The notes beneath the pieces were generated by a model. The model was given only the letters and a program-made list of their open reading frames with translations. It did not search any database and was not told the DNA's origin. This document shows, one piece after another, positions 56,952 to 64,000 of a DNA stretch of 64,000 nucleotides (position 1 is its first letter; each line of letters begins with the position of its first letter). Both the position numbers and the translations under genes were made by a program. The stretch lies in contig NMRA01000255.1 in NCBI GenBank assembly GCA_002633005.1, positions 228,062-292,061 of the forward strand. The letters run 5' to 3'. The DNA comes from Phoronis australis (lineage: Eukaryota; Animalia; Phoronida).

Positions 56952-58591
56952 TAGGGAGGACAACGTTTTTAATTTTTTCTGCAATACTCATGTGTCATAC
57001 ATTTACGAAAAGCCCTTGGTGTGAGAAATGAAACGGTGCAAAAATCAGAAAAATTGGATGAGCGGTTACCGAGAAAATGGCCGTTGAAACGCGACGATTA
57101 TGTAGGGAGGATAACGTTTTTTTAATATTTTTTACAATCCCCATGTGTTATACATTTTTGAAAAGCCCTTGGTGTGAGAAATGAAATGGTGTAAAAATCA
57201 GAAAAATTGGGTTAGCGGTTAACGAGAAAATGGCCGTTGAAACGCGACGATTATGCGTAAAGTATCTGCCTTTTTACATAAGTTTGTAAAAAATAAAAAA
57301 TATACATGTTCTGCATATAAAAAGATTTGTCTCATTGAGACAAACATGGTGGTGTGTATTATATAAAATTTGGATCGATTTCTACAGAGATATTGCTGTT
57401 TAAGTGTGTTATTAGCAAAAAGAAAATGCTCCTGTTTGATGAAAACAATGAATTAAACAGCTTAAAAGGTAAAGAGCAAAGACACCACATCAGCTCAGAA
57501 ATAAATAAATCTGAGCTAGGAGGAAATTTCACATCAAATCACAAGATCACATTGGTGGATTTGGGGGAGGGGGGGGCAAGGGGGCCTGGCCCGTGGCTCC
57601 CCTAAAACTCCCATATTTCATTTGGCAGTTTGAGAGTGCAAATATCTTACGGGTAAAATCCTGCGTAATACTCTGCCCTGCCCCCCTCCTATCTAAAAAT
57701 CCTAGATTTGCCCCTGAATACTACTACATGGGCAACACATCATTGCCTGACGGTGACAGGGGGCTAGGGGACTGAGGCTATAGCTGATAGCTCCCCCACT
57801 TTTTCAGTGCTGGATGCCACCCATGTACTACTAGATCGTATCATGGCAAAAAACATCACAAAGTAGACAACAGACCATTTGGAAAAACAAATCACTCTTA
57901 AAATGAAGGATTTCATCATTTACGCAACAAAAACTTTGTAACAACTTTATTTTGAACTTTGAAGTTGCAATGCCATTGAACTTCAACGTAGCCGCTGGTG
58001 GCGCTGACATGCGGCGACTTAGTGAACTAACAACTGCTGTTTGATAAGTGCCAATGCGCAGCAGTTTAACAAAATTTCTGAAAATGAAATAATTACCAAT
58101 TAAAAGAGTGATAAATTCCTCATCTAAAAATCGGGGGGGGGCATATTGCGCAACTGGAAAAACATCAATCTCCCGACCGACCAAAATTAGGCCTTCCGGA
58201 CGATCGAAAATTCACCATGAAAACTTGGCCTTGACTTCGAGAAAACAACTTGAGGAGATGCGAACGCATCTAAAATACATCCTGTCCAAATTTCATGTTT
58301 GTATTCGAGAGTATAGTGCTCTTTTGGACAGGAGGAACAAGAGGCACTTTTTCGAAAGTTGATCGCATGGCGGAAAATCGTGCGCTAAAAAAAGCTTACA
58401 AAAATGATTTACCAACGATAATTCGAGACAAATAGATTACAAACTTACAAATAAAGACTAAGGTAATGATTTACAACCCAAAATTGTCTTATAGTTAACT
58501 TCGAGGTCTGAAATCGGGTAATTTACCGACGTGAGTTTTACACGGAGGCAGATATGGAGTACCTTGACCTACTTTTCGATTGGCCTCCCTA
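56952..58591. mobile_element. ~1.64-kb non-autonomous DNA transposon in GMPS intron 1, with a tandemly duplicated left end
   Basis: Terminal TAGGGAGG / CCTCCCTA; flanking direct repeat TAGTTAG (56945-56951 and 58592-58598); the left 151 bp is repeated at 57103-57255. Confidence 0.65.
57550..57716. mobile_element. Small degenerate G/C-run MITE nested in the 56952-58591 element
   Basis: Right end aaaatcctagatttgcccctg; degenerate left end cattggtggatttgggg followed by G-runs. Confidence 0.45.
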
Positions 58592-59242
58592 TAGTTAGGT
58601 TGTGTCTTAGTGACCACCGTCTCTAGCTGGCCAATAGGAGCTTCATACGCCGGAAGTTTCTTGGCAAATTGTGCCTCACACTGATTAAAACATCAAAATT
58701 ATAATAATAAGTACATTTTGCGCATTGAGGAATTTATTAGGAAGCCGTTGCTGTCTTTAATACCTTCCAACTCTAACAAAGTACTCCCGTAATCAAGCTT
58801 TTTTCAAGCAGTCCTTCGTACTTTTCCCAAAATCGGAGAATGGCCATTTTTTACACTGCGCACAGCGGAGATATGATAGGTGAAACTTGTTGACATACAT
58901 TTTAACGTTAAAATCTACTTTTATATGGTGTTTACAACTTTGGTTACGGGGTCAAAGCTCTTTAAAGATTCTATAAATTTCTGAGAGCAAATCGTAACAG
59001 CCAATGATATGATTAGTTAAGATCATGTGGTTTTTATAGGCCAATCGCTTAATAAGTAGGTTATAATTTGGGCTGAAATTAACAGGATATATTCAGATGA
59101 GCAATAGTCTTTGAAGCTAAAAGACTTCCTACAGTATACAGAGGAAATTGTACTACACAGCCATCTCGTGGAAGATTCTAAAGAGGATCTTGGAAAGGGA
59201 AGGGTTAATGCATTGGAAGTTAACAAAGAGCTTGTCACTTGT

Positions 59243-59560
59243 ATCGTGGGTTGTAAGATACTGCCTATACGTGTTGGGTCACGAGGGACTGTGACCAGCG
59301 AGAGGAATAGTAGGTAGACGATACTGCCTATACGTGTTGGGTCATGAGGGACTATGACCAGCGAGAGGAATAGTAGGTAGACGATACTGCCTATACGTGT
59401 TGGGTCATGAGGGACTGTGACCAGCGAGAGGAATCGTGGGTACTAATAGAAGATGCTGCCTGCAAGTGTTGCGTAACGAGAGACTGTGACCAGCAAGAAG
59501 AATCGTGTGTAGAAGATACTGCTTGCAAGTGTTGCATCATCAGAGACTGTGACCAGCAAG
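59243..59560. repeat. 63-bp minisatellite, ~5 copies in two subtypes
   Basis: gatactgcc... units at 59257, 59320, 59383, 59452 and 59515. Confidence 0.9.
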
Positions 59561-60904
59561 TGCATTGTCACAATATGGTGTGTGTATTCACCAACAGAAC
59601 TAGACATCCAGCAAGTGGAGAGTCCTACAGCTTGGATAGCAGATAAGACATTTGACTATTTTGGTTGATTAATTGAAGTAAGCTTTACAGAGGGCGCTAG
59701 CCTAGTTACTTTTCTCTGTAGCTGATTACTTAATTAAGAACAAGTTTCACTTGTTTAATTAGTGGTATTCATGTAATAAATTAATTACTGCGTTTAATCA
59801 TTCTCTCTGCCATCTGCGCACAATCTGAAAGCAAAGCTAGTAACCTTTTAAACAAACCCACTGTCAATTTGTGACATAACAAAATCATGCTCCTACTGAA
59901 TTACACCTGTTATTCAGTGGCAATAACTGGGTCTCAAATCACTATCATAGTGCTTCTTACTGGCATTTTTTGCATCTACGCCTGTATTTCCTAATCCCCA
60001 TTGAAAGATCTTTTGGAAATTTGTCAACAGATGGGTGAATCCGACCACTGGTTTGAGATTTGTTTCACACATGCCTCTGTGTCTTTGGAGTTGTTTGATG
60101 GATTTTCATGAAGTTGGGCTATTAGTTTTCTGTTTGGTTGACAATGGCACCTTTCTGTTTTAGGATGGGTTTGACATATTCTGTGCCCTGTAAAGGTCAT
60201 TTTATGAGGCAATATGAATTCAGTTTTTGCAAGTTTGTACACGTTTAAACTTTTTGAGACGATATTTTCTCTTCCCAAAGTTAGATGATGATATCTTTGC
60301 AACATTGCTTAAATTGTTCTATAAATTATACATCGTCACCAACTGCCAGATTCATCTAAGCACTACCAAAACGTCATTGAAATAGTTAGCAAACAGACAT
60401 TTTGAGCCTAACATGTTGTATTACAAACAATTTTTTCTTAAAAACCTATCATATTTTAAACCAATAAACTAACAGATCCAATGTAATCTGAGAATTCTTA
60501 ACCAATACCATATTATTCTTAAAGGCATGTTCTTCTAGTTCTTGGTGTTGACCGAGAGAGAATCCTATCATGGTAAAGGTGTGAGTCTTAATTTTATGAG
60601 AGTAAAATGCCCAATGCGAATTTCATTTTTCCCAGTTGTAGGGCAGAATGTGGCCCTGAGTTGGTTGTCATAGTGGGTTACAGTGACCTTGAGGGGGAAC
60701 CCCAGATGATTTATTGTAACCAATTTCAAAAAGGCAATAGAGTTGGTTTGGAAGTGCAAAACACTTGTGAAGAAAGTTAAATTTCAGTGCCCAGACATGC
60801 TTTATATAGTCACGTTAGATATTTTTGTTGGAATATTATGATTGATGTAAAGTTCATGTATCACACAAAATGTTTAGATACCAGTTATGCCTTAGCTTAC
60901 TGTG

Positions 60905-61393
60905 CAGGCCTTTATGCAGCATAGGTCCTGGGCGTCCAAATGGCCGCCCTAGCACTAATCTGGATGCCCTGGCAAGGATGCCCAATGTATCATTTGGACG
61001 CCCACTGTCAATAGGAACCTTTCAAGTTTGGACTCACACATTGTAATGAATACTAGGAAGCCTCTAAAGGCTCACAGTGGGGGCTCTTTTTCAAAGCAGA
61101 AAGAAATATACAATGTATATACAAAGTATATGCATTGTTGCTATTTTGACACTTGATTGACAGCATTGTAAGTCTTGGTCTACACAGTTTTTTTAGTGGA
61201 AATGCTCACCATAGAAGGTTGTTTTATAAACTTAGATGTAAAAACATTGATCTATGCTTTTTTTGTAAAAAAAATCTGTGTGTTTGGGGGTATTGATGGG
61301 GATGGGGGGTTACGCGTCAGAATCATGGACGCCCTGGAATATTGCGAATCCCATTTTGGACACCCTATTTTCAAAATCCTGGATGAAGGCCTG
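60905..61393. mobile_element. hAT-type MITE in GMPS intron 1
   Basis: TIR CAGGCCTTTATGCAG / CTGGATGAAGGCCTG (13/15); perfect 8-bp TSD TTACTGTG; subterminal ggacgccc/ggatgccc repeats. Confidence 0.88.
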
Positions 61394-62377
61394 TTACTGT
61401 GTTTTCTGCTTACTCCTTGAACCGATTAGATTGTCAGTCTTGCAATTGACCATTTGTGTAATACAGGCATGTCTTAATGCCTAATCGCTATGTATGACAT
61501 GTTCCTTAAGCATTGTTAGCTTATTATTTCCAGAAAGTAACCATGACAACTGAAATCTTCCTTGTTAACTGATAAGTGTGTGTTGGAAGGCGAGCAGCAT
61601 GGGTTTACTAGGTCTTGTCTCCAATATGACCTCATTAAATAATGCAAGGGTCCTGTCTCTTGTGTTGCTATCGTTTTCAAAATTGTTTCTGATGAGTTAT
61701 TGTGTTTGCACGTAAATTAGGAGTGAAGAGGGCTGCTGACTCACAAAATTTTTGCAGTATCTGTAAAATTATTGTGTTATTGTAAGCTTAAACAATTTTG
61801 TTCGTACTGTTCTTACAATGTAAAATCTTCTGATATGTGGACATTAAAAGGTCCTTATTTTCTAAAACGTCTTGAAACAGATATGCTGTTATTGGCGATT
61901 CCATTATGTTTGTTCCATCAGATGTCAAAACAACACTGTCAATGCATTAAGTGATAAATTTTCTCATCTGTTAATTAATGCAAACATATCATGGAATTGC
62001 TTTCTTAGTACTTAGAGGCTTTTAAAATCGATCATTTTATGGGTCTAATATGTATACTTGAAAGGTTATTTATAAAGAATTAGTGCTTGGGAATGAATGT
62101 AGGCTCTTGCCTCTTAAAAGGACAATGTCATTATTTATTATGTAACAGATGGGAAGCTACTGCGGAATCAGTGATCAACATGGTATTTGTAATAACAGAG
62201 AGGCAACATTTTGAAAATTTCGTATTTTTCTGATTTCTGCTAAGCTTCACTGTTTTCGATTTAGAAAGATTTCCTCATTTTGTGTGTTTGTACTGTCGTT
62301 CAGTTTCAACCCCAGCTACAGATTCATGTTTCGTATCAAATCACTTGATTGCATTTCGCTCTTTTTCAGACATTGAG

Positions 62378-62461
62378 ATGGCAGAAGCAGGTGAACATGT
62401 GAATGGGGTTGGTGGTTCTGAGAAGGTAGCCATTCTTGATGCTGGTGCTCAGTACGGCAAG
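62378..62461 (+). CDS. GMPS: GMP synthase (glutamine-hydrolysing), first main coding exon
   Basis: Acceptor tttttcag at 62369; gagATGg; MAEAGEHVNGVGGSEKVAILDAGAQYGK|gtttgg. ILDAGAQYGK is the GMPS glutamine amidotransferase N-terminal signature. Confidence 0.92.
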
Positions 62462-63361
62462 GTTTGGCGGCTTTTTCTTTGTTACTTGTCTCGTGTAAAT
62501 TGTTACCTTATTGTTTGGTAAAAATTCTTCAATTTGGTACAGAACATGACAGGTGGGTGAAATTTCGTTTTTTTGTCAAATTTTTTAACAAAAGCTACTT
62601 CTCTAGAAATTTCACTTTGCTTTTAGCGTGGTTTATGTGGTGTAGTTATATGGCAACTTTAGCAATTATTTTTGTCCCTGATTGAAGAATTTTTACCCTC
62701 TAATATTTGGAGTTGATTTGATAAATTAAATGTGAACTTGTTCATGAAATATCAAATTTTATTTCTTATCGTTGTTGACCTGGACATGGTGTTAACTGCG
62801 CAGTCTAGCCCTGGAAGATTGTTTGTTCATGTAAAGGGTAGATTTTGACTTGGCCGACCGTAGTGTAGTAGGACCCTCATGGTTGGATTGTGTGTTTTTT
62901 GTAAAATCATGTCTTGCGTAAATATTTGGGTCAACGCCGATGCTTGTGTTCAGCGCTCAGTCCCTACTTTTGAAAATTTTTCCTTCACTCAGTTTTGTGT
63001 TGGTCACCTTATCTAAGTTCTGTTGACCCAAAACATGCATTGCAGCGATAAGTCTTCACTTATGGAACCCGAACAAAAACTATGCCATAGTCCTTCAAAC
63101 TATCCCATAATGCAACTTTCCAATCTCAACATTCAGTTACTTCAGTCCACTTTTCTAGGTTATGCTTGAAATATCTTGAGCTCTCTCAAAACACTCATGA
63201 AACACTTGCTTTTTTCTAGCAGGATTTTGCATGATCTTGGTTTTTCTATGGAAAGTGATCAGGACATTTCACGTGTTTTCTGACTAGCTGATTACTGTTC
63301 AAAATTTTTCTTTGTAATTGAAAGATGAAGAATATTAACCAGTCAAGTTTGTTCATTTCAG

Positions 63362-63453
63362 GTGATTGACCGAAGGATTCGTGAGTTATCAGTTGAGACG
63401 GACATTTTACCTCTGGATACACCTGCTTTTACACTGAAAGAGAATGGTTACAA
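63362..63453 (+). CDS. GMPS: GMP synthase next exon (gene continues beyond the window)
   Basis: ttcag|[30 protein letters not shown]|gtaagt, continuing the metazoan GMPS sequence VIDRRVREL...PLETPAF. Confidence 0.92.
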
Positions 63454-64000
63454 GTAAGTTGCCATTGTTCAATAGATACTGTCCGTTTACTGCTATTCTG
63501 GATAAGCTAGTAAATTACAGTTTTGCAACGGTGTTGTTGCAGTGGTAACTACACTTCCCTTTTGCTACAGTCTTCAGTTGTTATGCCGACAACACATCGC
63601 AGGCCCAATTCATTCATGACTATGACTGCACAGTACTGCTTGCCTGGACATGGGGCTGCCGTAAATGCAGCTGGCTTTCAGGCCAAGCTAGCTTCTAGTC
63701 CAAAATGTCCGTAGTGAGAGTACGGGCAGGTACCTGTCCTGCAAGACCTGAAGAATTGAACACACATCCTCCGCACGCGGAAAAGTTATGCATCATGATG
63801 CAGATTAGTTGTAGTGGGATTACAGCTGGTGGTGTTGCCACTGGGACAACTGCTTTTCGCCAGTTATGGGTGTTGTATTGTGTACGGCTAGTATGTCTAG
63901 TCAAGAATATGGATATAAAATATGATAGCAGGCTGTGATGTGAAAAATACTCATCTTATATTTATGCAATGAAGAGAATTGAGTTAAAACCTAAATCTGT

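Overview
AT-rich, intron-rich eukaryotic (metazoan invertebrate-like) genomic DNA; there is no prokaryotic operon, CRISPR array or autonomous transposase. I hand-spliced three genes. (1) A complete 28-exon POLR3B/RPC2 (RNA polymerase III second-largest subunit, + strand, CDS 20083-49834, about 1128 aa, all GT-AG introns). (2) A convergent, uncharacterised minus-strand gene (about 279 aa, CDS 55787-50783) with an RFX X-box-like promoter motif and a 12-nt micro-exon; it may encode a ciliary/flagellar protein. (3) The 5' part of GMPS (GMP synthase, + strand, runs off the window), head-to-head with gene 2. The first 20 kb has no recognisable protein, but it has several strong minus-strand splice donors that suggest the 5' region of a gene divergent from POLR3B. 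Introns carry many non-autonomous DNA transposons (hAT, PIF/Harbinger, palindromic MITEs) and minisatellites. The most unusual feature is that POLR3B exon/donor junctions were duplicated three separate times: an 83-bp tandem array built from exon 3, a 60-bp array over the exon 16 donor, and a 187-bp duplication of the exon 25 3' half plus donor that flanks a 1.75-kb TIR element. All coordinates were read by eye and no database searches were run.
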